From NCBI GenBank assembly GCA_040326155.1, contig JBEQLE010000004.1, positions 11,639 through 75,638 on the forward strand: DNA of 64,000 bases, read 5' to 3'. Made by a program: the position numbers and the translations under genes. Of the stretch, positions 50,825 through 60,152 are shown in pieces. This DNA is from Leptospirales bacterium (lineage in GTDB: Bacteria; Spirochaetota; Leptospiria; Turneriellales; JAOUFE01). The notes beneath the pieces were generated by a model. It had not been told where the DNA came from and ran no database searches. It was given only the letters and a program-made list of their open reading frames with translations. Numbering within the stretch: position 1 is the stretch's first letter; every line of letters starts with the position of its first letter.

Positions 50825-50924
50825 AGGAAGGGGGCGGATGGTTTTTTACCCACCGGGAAAACCACAATCCCCCTTGTCTGCGAATTTTTTTGGAAGCCAA
50901 AAAAGATTCTTCGACAACCCCCCG
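50825..50924 (-). repeat. Structured intergenic repeat, family 3, copy 3
   Basis: Minus strand: CGGGGGGTTGTC...TTTTTTGG-CTT-CCAAAAAA...GACAAGGGGG...CCCCCTTCCT. Confidence 0.5.
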
Positions 50925-51036
50925 TTATTATAATTTTATTTCGACAACACTATTAATGAATTCGTTATCAGGGTATTCATAGACGAATAATTTTTTAATA
51001 ATGGACAACCCTTCTCTTTTTTAGTTATTATACAAC

Positions 51037-51207
51037 GTGGCTGTATCATACCTGGAACCAATACCTGAACTAACCGGCAATAAGGCTAAAGAGTTCGAAG
51101 AGAAAATGAAATCAATTAAACCTAAGGTATTATCGAAAGATGAAAAGGATTGGCTGAAAACTGTCAAAATTGGCGGCCAGCATATTTTTGATAAAAATCA
51201 TAAATGA
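51037..51207 (+). CDS. Putative antitoxin of a GNAT toxin-antitoxin pair (56 aa)
   Basis: GTG start; PIPELTGNKAKEFEEKMK motif; stop overlaps the next ATG (ATGA). Confidence 0.6.
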   Translation: MAVSYLEPIPELTGNKAKEFEEKMKSIKPKVLSKDEKDWLKTVKIGGQHIFDKNHK

Positions 51208-51484
51208 TACTTCATTTTCCTGAAGAATAGGCCGTTTTGCAGTACATACAGAACTGGCCAGCAAAGGTATCGGCAGCAAACTTATAAATTTTATTAAACT
51301 TTGGTTTACTGTAACCAATAAAACCGGGTGCAGGTTTTTAATCGTCGATGCTAGAAACTCAGACCCTGTTATCAAATTCTATCGAAAAAATGGTTTTGAA
51401 GATTATCCAGAGACTTCAAGAGACAGCAATACTGTTCTTATGTTTTATGATCTATTAGCTTTCCAGTTAGCATTTGATAAATAA
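51204..51484 (+). pseudogene. GNAT acetyltransferase toxin remnant with internal deletion and frameshift
   Basis: MILHFPEE* then, in another frame from 51224, RIGRFAVHTELASKGIGSKL...KTGCRFLIVDA...VIKFYRKNGF...MFYDL. Confidence 0.8.
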
Positions 51485-51586
51485 ATTATTAGAAAGCCGG
51501 CAGCTGACTTTAAACTCAAATTTCACATACCAGATTTTCATCTGCTCTACCGCACTACGCACGACTGCAAGGCTAAATAATATCTA

Positions 51587-51985
51587 TTGACATCAGAGAA
51601 TTATGATGAGAAGAAAATTTCAAGCCTGGAAACACAAGCCAAGAAACTTAATGATGCAAGTACGAAGAACTTGTTATCAAATTTGTTCTACAACTGGGGA
51701 ACTTGCTTAATGAATCTGGCAAAAACCAAGCAAGGCAAAGAAGCGGAAGAGTTGTACAACCAGGCAATCGAGAAGTACCAAAAAGCTATTGAATTTGGCG
51801 GCAGTCCTTACAATCTTGCTTGTTTATATGCAATAACAGGAGATGAGAAGAACGCATTACATTTCTTAGATATTAGTTTGAAAAACAAGGAAATTTCTAC
51901 TGATTTTGTACTTGAAGACGAAGATTGGAAAAATCTTTTAGAACATGAAAAGTTTAAAGCAATCATTCAAAAATACAAGACTTGA
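51587..51985 (+). pseudogene. C-terminal TPR fragment, probably a 5'-truncated gene
   Basis: No ATG or RBS; YNWG..L..LAK...AEELY.QAIEKYQKA...YNLACLYA...D.D...L. Confidence 0.6.
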
Positions 51986-52041
51986 AACAGGAAGCATACT
52001 TGACTTTTATTCGGCCATTGGGGGAAACCAGTTCGCCACTG

Positions 52042-52659
52042 TTAGCGAGATTTCAAGTGGAACCGAAAATCACAAGAATCACCTCCTTTTGAAATTGTTT
52101 GAGTTCTCTTTAAATTGCAATGCCAGAGTTCAGCTAAAGGGTAATCCATATTGCACGCAGCAAACGCAGTAAGTTCGGGAGACTCATTTTCGATAAAGAA
52201 ATTTGAGATTGGACATTTGACAACATCAAAACCAACGTCACATTCCCCGTCTTTTTTTACTCGCTGAAAAGGTTTTCTGAAAATGATGAACCAAAGAAGG
52301 CCATTCACCAAGCCCAACCTGCGTTTACGATTCGAGCCAATTAATCTTGTGAGTTTATAACTAAAAACACTTATATTTTTAAAGATTGTCCAACCGATTT
52401 CTTCTATATGTTTTTGCGCAATCTCAACCTCGATATTATTTTTAATCATCGCCTTGTAAAGAGCCAAATCTCTTTTCATGTATGCCAAAAGTAGTTTGAC
52501 GCCGAATGAAAATCCGGTAGGTGTATTTTTATTTTTTTTCATAAAATCGTCCATATCGTTGAAAAGAGTGTTTAGCTTCTTCTTCGAGTAAATAACATTC
52601 AGTATTTTTGATGAAACTCTTGTAAAGTTATAGTTGGGAAAAAAGAATAATATAGTCAC
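52042..52659 (-). CDS. L-2-amino-thiazoline-4-carboxylic acid hydrolase-like protein
   Basis: FDVVKCP...F...PEL....C..D.......L.RTQTISKGGDSCDFRF. Confidence 0.8.
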   Translation of the reverse strand: MTILFFFPNYNFTRVSSKILNVIYSKKKLNTLFNDMDDFMKKNKNTPTGFSFGVKLLLAYMKRDLALYKAMIKNNIEVEIAQKHIEEIGWTIFKNISVFSYKLTRLIGSNRKRRLGLVNGLLWFIIFRKPFQRVKKDGECDVGFDVVKCPISNFFIENESPELTAFAACNMDYPLAELWHCNLKRTQTISKGGDSCDFRFHLKSR

Positions 52660-52802
52660 TTTATGCCTCTTTAAAGATGTTCGCTACAGAAAATATTTTA
52701 ATTATTCAATATCTGATTTTAAAAGCAAATGCGCCACTCTTTTTTATTCCATAAAAGAGTTTGCATTTTACATGCACTTTTTCATATTGTAATATTCTGT
52801 CT

Positions 52803-54074
52803 ATGGAACCTTTAGCTGAAAGAATGCGCCCCGCAACTCTTGATGAGTATATTGGACAAGAACATCTGGTCGGAGATGGCGCCGTTTTGCGTAATGCAAT
52901 CGATAACGGAAATCTGCCCAGTATTATTCTCTGGGGACCGCCCGGTGTCGGTAAAACTACTCTTGCCAGAATAATTGCGAATCATTTGAAACGCCCTTTT
53001 TATAATTTAAGCGCTATAAATTCAGGGGTAAAGGATGTTCGAGAAGTCATTGATCGAGCTCAAAAATCGGGACTATTTGATGCAAAAAACCCTTTAATGT
53101 TTATCGATGAAATTCACCGTTTCTCAAAGTCACAACAAGATTCACTGCTTGGAGCCGTAGAAAAAGGAACGGTCACTTTAATAGGGGCTACGACAGAAAA
53201 CCCTTCTTTTGAAGTCATTTCACCCCTGCTTTCCCGGTGCCAGGTCTACCTGTTGAAACCACTTACCGATGAACATCTTCAAACAATGTTACAATCGGTC
53301 CTTGAAAAAGATCCGCTTCTGAGTTCAAAAAATATAGTTTTGCAACAAACTTCTGCGCTACTACAGATGGCTGGCGGAGACGCACGACGCCTCCTAAACC
53401 ACTTTGAACTGGTCGTCCAAAATACGAAAACAAAGGAAGTTATAATTACGGATGAACTTGTTTTAACCTGTCTGCAACAAAATCCGGTACGCTACGACAA
53501 AGATGGTGAACAACACTACGATATTATTTCTGCCTTTATAAAATCTTTGCGCGGTAGTGACCCCAACGCAGCAGTTTACTGGCTTGCTCGCATGGTGGAA
53601 GGCGGTGAAAAACCAGAATTTATTGCACGTCGATTGCTGATACTGGCTTCCGAAGATATTGGCAATGCAAACCCTACAGCTCTGGTTGTCGCCAACAGTT
53701 GTTTTCAGGCAGTCCACGTATTGGGATGGCCCGAGGCTAGAATCGTTCTGTCGCAATGCGCTATTTATCTGGCAACCAGCCCGAAAAGTAATGCCTCCTA
53801 TGTGGCCATTAAACAAGCCCAGGAAACTGTGAAAAAAACAGGGAACGCTGAAGTACCGCTCTGGATTCGCAATGCCCCTACCGAAATGATGAAACAGTTT
53901 GATTATGGCAAAGGGTATAAATATTCCCACGATTTTGATGGAAATTTTATTCAACAAGAGTACCTTCCCGATCAACTGAAAGGTACACTCTTTTATATAC
54001 CAGGTAATAATCCGCGTGAAAAGGAGATAAAAACCAGACTAAGCAATTGGTGGAAAGGCAAATATAAATATTAG
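52803..54074 (+). CDS. rarA: Replication-associated recombination protein A (MgsA)
   Basis: PLAERMRP, WGPPGVGKTTLA, FIDEIHRFSKSQQD, GATTENPSF, ISAFIKSLRGSDP, ASEDIGNA, GKGYKYSHD. Confidence 0.97.
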   Translation: MEPLAERMRPATLDEYIGQEHLVGDGAVLRNAIDNGNLPSIILWGPPGVGKTTLARIIANHLKRPFYNLSAINSGVKDVREVIDRAQKSGLFDAKNPLMFIDEIHRFSKSQQDSLLGAVEKGTVTLIGATTENPSFEVISPLLSRCQVYLLKPLTDEHLQTMLQSVLEKDPLLSSKNIVLQQTSALLQMAGGDARRLLNHFELVVQNTKTKEVIITDELVLTCLQQNPVRYDKDGEQHYDIISAFIKSLRGSDPNAAVYWLARMVEGGEKPEFIARRLLILASEDIGNANPTALVVANSCFQAVHVLGWPEARIVLSQCAIYLATSPKSNASYVAIKQAQETVKKTGNAEVPLWIRNAPTEMMKQFDYGKGYKYSHDFDGNFIQQEYLPDQLKGTLFYIPGNNPREKEIKTRLSNWWKGKYKY

Positions 54075-54082
54075 GCAGAGAG

Positions 54083-54112
54083 TTATCCACAAATGTGGAA
54101 AACTGTGGATAA
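54083..54112. promoter_or_regulatory. Cluster of three DnaA boxes
   Basis: TTATCCACA-AA-TGTGGAAAA-C-TGTGGATAA (two perfect, one single-mismatch). Confidence 0.75.
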
Positions 54113-54143
54113 CCTGTCGAAAGACGCTGATAAAATTTGATTG

Positions 54144-54758
54144 TTACATGAAAAATGTAGCGCGAAGTTTACCGTTTTCACGTACAATATAAATATACAT
54201 GAGGTCTTCCCATAGATCCAGCTTCCTTTTTCCCCGTTTTGTTCTGGTGACCCAGATAAAATACTCACCTGCTGCGGGTTTATGTTCCAGCTCATTTAAA
54301 TAGGGGTTTAGCGGACGCTTTTTCTTTTTACCGTCAATTACATCATCAAACTGGTCTATCGAATAAATATCAATGTAATATGTCTCAAAAAAAACATTCG
54401 CCGAGTAATTCCCCCGATTGAACTTTGTGATTACATTACACCACTCTTTTTTATATTCAGAAGTAATGTCTTCGCCATCCAGAGTTTTTTTTGCCAACAA
54501 CTTCTGACCATAAGAACATTTCTTCTCGAATAAAGCCTGGTACCAGGCAATCGTAAACTCTCTTATCTCTTTGCGTTCTTTATCATCCGTTCGTTCGTGT
54601 AATTTGCCATTCGATTTATTTTTTGCCGCTAAGCGAACACTCTCCACATTTTGCCCGAACTCAACAACCGCGATTTCTTTTGCAATAATCTCGGAAGTAA
54701 CAAGCGTACCCAGGCTCAAAGATGATAAAAACAAAACCAAAGCGCTGATTTTATTCAT
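54144..54758 (-). CDS. Secreted hypothetical protein
   Basis: AGGAGG RBS, signal peptide, 204 aa. Confidence 0.75.
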   Translation of the reverse strand: MNKISALVLFLSSLSLGTLVTSEIIAKEIAVVEFGQNVESVRLAAKNKSNGKLHERTDDKERKEIREFTIAWYQALFEKKCSYGQKLLAKKTLDGEDITSEYKKEWCNVITKFNRGNYSANVFFETYYIDIYSIDQFDDVIDGKKKKRPLNPYLNELEHKPAAGEYFIWVTRTKRGKRKLDLWEDLMYIYIVRENGKLRATFFM

Positions 54759-55008
54759 ATTCTACCTCCTTTTTTCGAATATAATCTAGGTCCGTAAGAG
54801 AGGTTGTCAAGCTTTAGTGATATTTTTTTAAGAAATTTTCAATTCACACTATTTATCATCAACCTGACATATATTTGTACATGCATTACACAAAAACGCC
54901 AAAATATCGGTGTAAAATTACGCACAACGCCTGTCTAATTCTGGAATACGAGTCTGGTAGCCTGGATTTTGCTGTACAACAAAAGATAGAGTCCGAATAT
55001 GTATAAAT

Positions 55009-55470
55009 ATGCGGCGAAATGATAGGAAAAAAACGGACCCAAAGGTTATCCAAAAGATGGTTAAAGCAGCCCAGGTTCTAAGACTGGGGCTTGTTGACAA
55101 AGAAAATCCTTATATAGTTCCCTTGAATTTCGGAGTTGAGTTTAATCCGATGGTTTTTTACTTTCACTGTGCTTCCTATGGCAGAAAAGTTGATATTTTG
55201 CAACGTAACAACAGTGTCTGTTTTCAAATTGACGAAGGACGACTGGTCACGGCAAATGTGCCTTGTGACTGGGGTATGGAATACAAAAGCATTCTGGGTT
55301 ACGGAAAAATTCTTTTTATCGAAGAACCTAATGATAAAATATTTGCTCTGAATCGAATTATGGAACACTACGGTAGTAAAAAAAAAGGAAATTACCCACC
55401 AGTTCAAATTCAAAAAATAACAGTCTTGAAACTGGTTGTAGACTCTTTATCATGTAAGATTTCAAAGTAG
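55009..55470 (+). CDS. Pyridoxamine 5'-phosphate oxidase/NimA-like flavin-binding protein
   Basis: MRRNDR, PYIVPLNF, YFHCA..GRK...L..N..VCF, YKSILG.G. Confidence 0.88.
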   Translation: MRRNDRKKTDPKVIQKMVKAAQVLRLGLVDKENPYIVPLNFGVEFNPMVFYFHCASYGRKVDILQRNNSVCFQIDEGRLVTANVPCDWGMEYKSILGYGKILFIEEPNDKIFALNRIMEHYGSKKKGNYPPVQIQKITVLKLVVDSLSCKISK

Positions 55471-55690
55471 AAAAAAAATATAAACCTGTAAGGTTTTAAT
55501 AAAAAAACTCTGGAAAAGATACCCCACATATATTAAGTTACTATAGCCAACAAAGAATAAGCTGCAATTGCCGCTTTTGAAAGCAGTCAATATGATACCA
55601 GGAAAACGTAAAATCGGAAATATCCCCCAAAAAACCGACCAAAAACCGGAAATTCCGAAATCTCTCGAAAAATTCTTAGACAATTTTTCT

Positions 55691-57829
55691 ATGACTCCTG
55701 CTAAAAACAGCGCCGTCGAATCTCGGGGTTCCTTTGAAGATCTAACCCTTCGAGATTATACCTGGCCTGAAGATTCACCTTTTGCACAAGAACGAATTGT
55801 TCGGTATGCGAAAATTGGCAAGGCAATTGACAAAATGTCTCTGACCAAAGCGCCAGATTTTTTCATACTGGAGACGGCGCGTACCAAAGCAGGAGAACCT
55901 TTTCGCGTTCAGTATGCCCGCGATTTAAATGAACCTCAACTGGCTGCCATTTCTACAACAAAAGGTCCGTTACTTGTAATTGCGGGAGCAGGTTCGGGAA
56001 AAACCAGAACGTTAACCTACAGAGCCAGTTTCCTTCTTGAAAACGGAGTCGACCCATCCAAAATTCTTTTATTGACATTTACTCGAAAAGCGGCCCAGGA
56101 GATGCTCAACCGTACCCAGGAACTTTTACAAAACAAAAAGGCAAGCCAGATTATGGGCGGAACCTTTCACTCCTTTGCGAATTATGCCTTACGCCGTTAT
56201 TCCGGTCTACTCAACCTGGCGCCCTCTTTTTCGATTATCGATACAACCGACTCAGAAGATATTATTGCTTTAATTCGAGATGAAGAGCACTTTCAAACCG
56301 GTAAACGAGCGTTTCCCAAAAAAGGACGCATTCACGAGATTATTTCCAAATCTCGAAATACGCGGTTGAGCATTGAAGCGATTATTGAACGATATTTTTC
56401 GGGGCTGGCCGATTTTGCCGAAGCCATTATTTTAATTGCCGAAATTTACGATCGGTATAAAAAAGCAAACCGACTATTCGATTATGACGACTTAATCGAT
56501 GTTCTGGTCGAATCGTTGCAAACGAATGAAAGATTTCGAAAAAAAATTCAAGAGACCTATGAATATGTTATGGTCGACGAATACCAGGATACAAATATTC
56601 CCCAAAAAGAGTTGGTCGACCTGTTGGCCGGACTTCATAAAAATATAATGGTGGTCGGCGACGACTCCCAGTCCATCTACTCGTTTCGCGGAGCCAATTT
56701 CGAAAATATTTTAACCTTTCCCGAAACATGGCCGGATTGCCGAGTAGTCAAAGTAGAAGAAAATTACCGTTCAAACCAGGGTCTTCTCGATTTTTCAAAT
56801 GATATCATTCATAATGCAAAACTCGGGTATCGAAAAAAACTTTTTTCGGCTAATAAAGAAAAATTTCTCCCGGTGTATCGATCGTTTTACGACCAGGAGG
56901 CCGAGGCCGAATGGATTGTTTCTAAAATTCTGGAATCCCGGGAAAATAGTATTGAACTATCTTCTATTGCGATTCTCGTTCGGGCTATGTTTCATTCAAA
57001 TTACATACAGATCGAATTGACGAAAAGGGCTATTCCCTATGTTGTCGTAGGCGGTATTAAATTTTCTGAAAGAAAACACGTTCGCGATATTGTATCTTTT
57101 TTAAAGGTTTCAGCTAACGGTTATGACGCCCCCGCCTGGATGAGAATTTTAAAGCTCATTGACGGTGTTGGCGATACGACGGCCAAGAAAATTATAATGG
57201 ATATTCGAGAAAGCGGGGGCGTTGCAAAACACGAACCATATAAAAACACAAGGTACTACAATGATTTAAAATCTTTATTTAGAACGATACTGACCATTGC
57301 AAAAGAGGACATGCCGGTCTCGCAAAAAATCGATAAAATACGTGAATTTTATGGTCCTGTATTAAAGAAACGTGAAGACGATTACGAGCTGAGAATGCGC
57401 GATATCGAGGTACTTTATAATTATTCTGGAAATTACGATGACACTGAAAGTTTTCTTTCGGACTTTGCCCTGGACCCACCTTCCACAAAATTCCAGAACA
57501 GAAACATTCCCTTAATTGACGAGGGAGAAGAAAAACCCCTGGTCATCAGCACCGTCCATTCGGCAAAAGGGCTGGAATGGCACACAGTGTTTGTTCCCCA
57601 TCTGCTCGACGGCTTGTTTCCTTCGATCAGATCAATTGAAACTCTCGACGAAATCGAAGAAGAAAGACGACTTTTCTACGTGGCATGCACACGCGCAAAA
57701 GCCCGGTTATATTTAACCGCCCCATCCTACTTTGCAGCGTGGGGGGCGGTTATGACATTGCCAACCAGGTTTCTTGTCGAGGTCAATCCGAAACTCTGGA
57801 AGGTAGAAAGAAATAAGCCAATTAGATAA
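55691..57829 (+). CDS. UvrD/PcrA/Rep family DNA helicase (start uncertain; frame open from 55568)
   Basis: LNEPQ, AGAGSGKT, LTFTRKAA, VDEYQDTN, VVGDDSQSIYSFRGA, ENYRS, TVHSAKGLEW, EEERRLFYVACTRAK. Confidence 0.95.
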   Translation: MTPAKNSAVESRGSFEDLTLRDYTWPEDSPFAQERIVRYAKIGKAIDKMSLTKAPDFFILETARTKAGEPFRVQYARDLNEPQLAAISTTKGPLLVIAGAGSGKTRTLTYRASFLLENGVDPSKILLLTFTRKAAQEMLNRTQELLQNKKASQIMGGTFHSFANYALRRYSGLLNLAPSFSIIDTTDSEDIIALIRDEEHFQTGKRAFPKKGRIHEIISKSRNTRLSIEAIIERYFSGLADFAEAIILIAEIYDRYKKANRLFDYDDLIDVLVESLQTNERFRKKIQETYEYVMVDEYQDTNIPQKELVDLLAGLHKNIMVVGDDSQSIYSFRGANFENILTFPETWPDCRVVKVEENYRSNQGLLDFSNDIIHNAKLGYRKKLFSANKEKFLPVYRSFYDQEAEAEWIVSKILESRENSIELSSIAILVRAMFHSNYIQIELTKRAIPYVVVGGIKFSERKHVRDIVSFLKVSANGYDAPAWMRILKLIDGVGDTTAKKIIMDIRESGGVAKHEPYKNTRYYNDLKSLFRTILTIAKEDMPVSQKIDKIREFYGPVLKKREDDYELRMRDIEVLYNYSGNYDDTESFLSDFALDPPSTKFQNRNIPLIDEGEEKPLVISTVHSAKGLEWHTVFVPHLLDGLFPSIRSIETLDEIEEERRLFYVACTRAKARLYLTAPSYFAAWGAVMTLPTRFLVEVNPKLWKVERNKPIR

Positions 57830-57850
57830 AATTTAATTTAATGCTCAAGC

Positions 57851-58705
57851 TTATTTTCCTTGTAAATCATTTCTTGTACTACCTGAAAGTATGGGAGTCA
57901 GAATCGATCCGACATATTTCGCTTCCGGGTCAATTAGATACTCGTTTTCATCGTCTTCGTATTCTACAAGCTCATTAGCTTCAACATCAAGATAAATAGT
58001 TGTTAAATATCCTTCTCGAACGATAACAGGTTTAAAGTGTTTTATTTTGAAACGATGCCCTTTGTCACCAGATGCATCTATTTCATCTTCATCATCTTCA
58101 TCGTCCTGTTCAAAATAGAGTTGGTGGAAAGTTCCAGGGTCCGTCGAGAAAGTTACATAATTATCATCAGTAAGATAAACTTTTATCTTGGTATACTCGC
58201 CTGCCTCTACTGCCATCTGGGCGATCTCCACTTCTGTTCCAGGTTGAATTGGTATTTTAAGCGTTCTGGCCTGACCGGGTTTGGCCTGAATTATGGTCCA
58301 CCCCTGAGAAGGGGTCAAAACTTCAATTCTGCCAAAGCTCAAATAAATTTGCTCTATATCGAGCGCTTCAGAGTCTGAATCTTCATGGTGGCGATTATGT
58401 CGATCATCCTTTTGTTTGTGATGTTCTTCATGATCTTGCCCATGGTGATCTTTATCGCTTTTATGATCTTCTTCAATAATGGTACGTAAAACGATACGCA
58501 AATTATCTCGAATTATCTCGTCTTTTTTCTTTTGTTGAGTGGTGTCTTTTTGTGAGAGTTCTGCACCGTTTTTGGTGAGAGCGGGGGATTCATCAGGTTC
58601 TTCTAATCCAGAAGTATTGGAGCAGTTTAATAAAAATACCCCCGAAATTAATAGACTGAGCGCATATATAATGGCTATGCGTGAGCCACTTTGTGTTTTA
58701 TTCAT
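57851..58705 (-). CDS. DUF4382-like lipoprotein with His/Asp-rich insert
   Basis: FLLN-C lipobox; HHGQDHEEHH...RHNRHHED tract; AG.YTKI.V.L and TTIYLD motifs. Confidence 0.65.
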   Translation of the reverse strand: MNKTQSGSRIAIIYALSLLISGVFLLNCSNTSGLEEPDESPALTKNGAELSQKDTTQQKKKDEIIRDNLRIVLRTIIEEDHKSDKDHHGQDHEEHHKQKDDRHNRHHEDSDSEALDIEQIYLSFGRIEVLTPSQGWTIIQAKPGQARTLKIPIQPGTEVEIAQMAVEAGEYTKIKVYLTDDNYVTFSTDPGTFHQLYFEQDDEDDEDEIDASGDKGHRFKIKHFKPVIVREGYLTTIYLDVEANELVEYEDDENEYLIDPEAKYVGSILTPILSGSTRNDLQGK

Positions 58706-58990
58706 TTTTTTAACCTTTCCTTATTGTTATCTCCTCATCACATGTAATTGCCCCCGACCTCTATAGAGCGCCGGGACAATATTTACTTATCCGGTTTTTG
58801 CCGAATCCACCTTCGGGATTTGACCCGAAAGCATTTTAAAGGTAATAATAGAAAATACCTTCGACTACAATAATATGAATTTTATTAGAAAAGAACCGGG
58901 TCTATATTTTCGTTTCTTTTGAAAATAATAAAGATATGAACAAAAATATATTTGTTTATGAAGAGTTTATATAAATTAATTATACCACAG

Positions 58991-60067
58991 ATGATCAGTC
59001 CGAACAAATACTACACTATAATCTTTGTCTTTGTCTTTGCATTTATTGGAGTATCTATTTACACTCAAGATACCAATTTGGAAAACACGATAGGTACGAT
59101 AACTGACAAAGGAGTTCCTGTGCTTGCCTACCACCAGATTGTTTCTGACAAGTGGGCTGCTCAAAGAAATAATCCATATGTTCTCGGTGTGGGAAATTTT
59201 AAAAAACAGATTCAATGGCTCAAAGAAGAGGGGTATACAACGATTACTCTGAAAACTTTAAACGAATTTATTGCCGGAGAAAAAGCGGTATATCCTGAAA
59301 AACCTGTCGTTATAACTTTTGACGATGGAACAAAAGGATTTACCCGGTATGCAAACGATATTCTTAAAAACGCAGGGTTCAAAGCGGCGCTCTTCATTTT
59401 TCCAAATGCCATGGGAAAAGATAAAAATTACCTGAATTGGGCAGAACTAGAGAAAATTAAGAAAGAAGGACATGAGATAGAAGCGCACGGATATACTCAC
59501 CCACTGTTAACACGAATGAGTTTGAAACAACAATTAGAAGAGTTCAAAAAAGCCAAATCTGCAATTAAAAACAAACTGGGAGTAGACGCAAAATGGATGG
59601 CCTACCCCTTCGGTGTTTATAATGAGCATACCGTTAAAGCGCTAGAAGACACGGGTTATACAGGCGCATTTACCGTATACGAAGGAGATAACCGGCAAGG
59701 CCAGAATTCTTTTTTTCTAAACCGTTACCTTGTTTTGCATGGCCAGACAATGCAAACGTTTTCCAAAAAAATAAGACAAAAAAGTCTGCTCGCTAAAGTG
59801 GTCTCTTTGCCACCCGGATCTCGGATCCATAAAGGTTCGGAAATAAAAATAAAAATACCGAGTGGGTTGATAAAAGAGAACCTGAGGGTCGAAATGGGAA
59901 GATCGTTTATTAGAAAAAACAAGAAAAGAATTTTTTCTTATGATATAAAAACCGGTATAATAAGTTTCAAGGCAGGCGAAAAAAATGGAAAATACCTGAC
60001 TGTGACAACCCTTGTAACCGGTGAAAATCAAGAAACCAGACGAGCTTCTTTTTTATACCTTTGGTAA
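58991..60067 (+). CDS. Polysaccharide deacetylase (NodB/CE4)
   Basis: VPVLAYHQI, VITFDDG, EAHGYTHP.L, AYPFG.YN. Confidence 0.92.
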   Translation: MISPNKYYTIIFVFVFAFIGVSIYTQDTNLENTIGTITDKGVPVLAYHQIVSDKWAAQRNNPYVLGVGNFKKQIQWLKEEGYTTITLKTLNEFIAGEKAVYPEKPVVITFDDGTKGFTRYANDILKNAGFKAALFIFPNAMGKDKNYLNWAELEKIKKEGHEIEAHGYTHPLLTRMSLKQQLEEFKKAKSAIKNKLGVDAKWMAYPFGVYNEHTVKALEDTGYTGAFTVYEGDNRQGQNSFFLNRYLVLHGQTMQTFSKKIRQKSLLAKVVSLPPGSRIHKGSEIKIKIPSGLIKENLRVEMGRSFIRKNKKRIFSYDIKTGIISFKAGEKNGKYLTVTTLVTGENQETRRASFLYLW

Positions 60068-60152
60068 ATAAAACCAAGAAAGCCTGCTCAACGGTTCTAT
60101 CCTCTGGTGAAATAATGGATTACAGCTTGTCCCGGAAATAATAAATGTTCGT

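Noticed and set aside
54083-54112. Chromosomal replication origin
   Set aside because: The intergenic gap is only about 70 bp, with no AT-rich unwinding element or origin-linked genes
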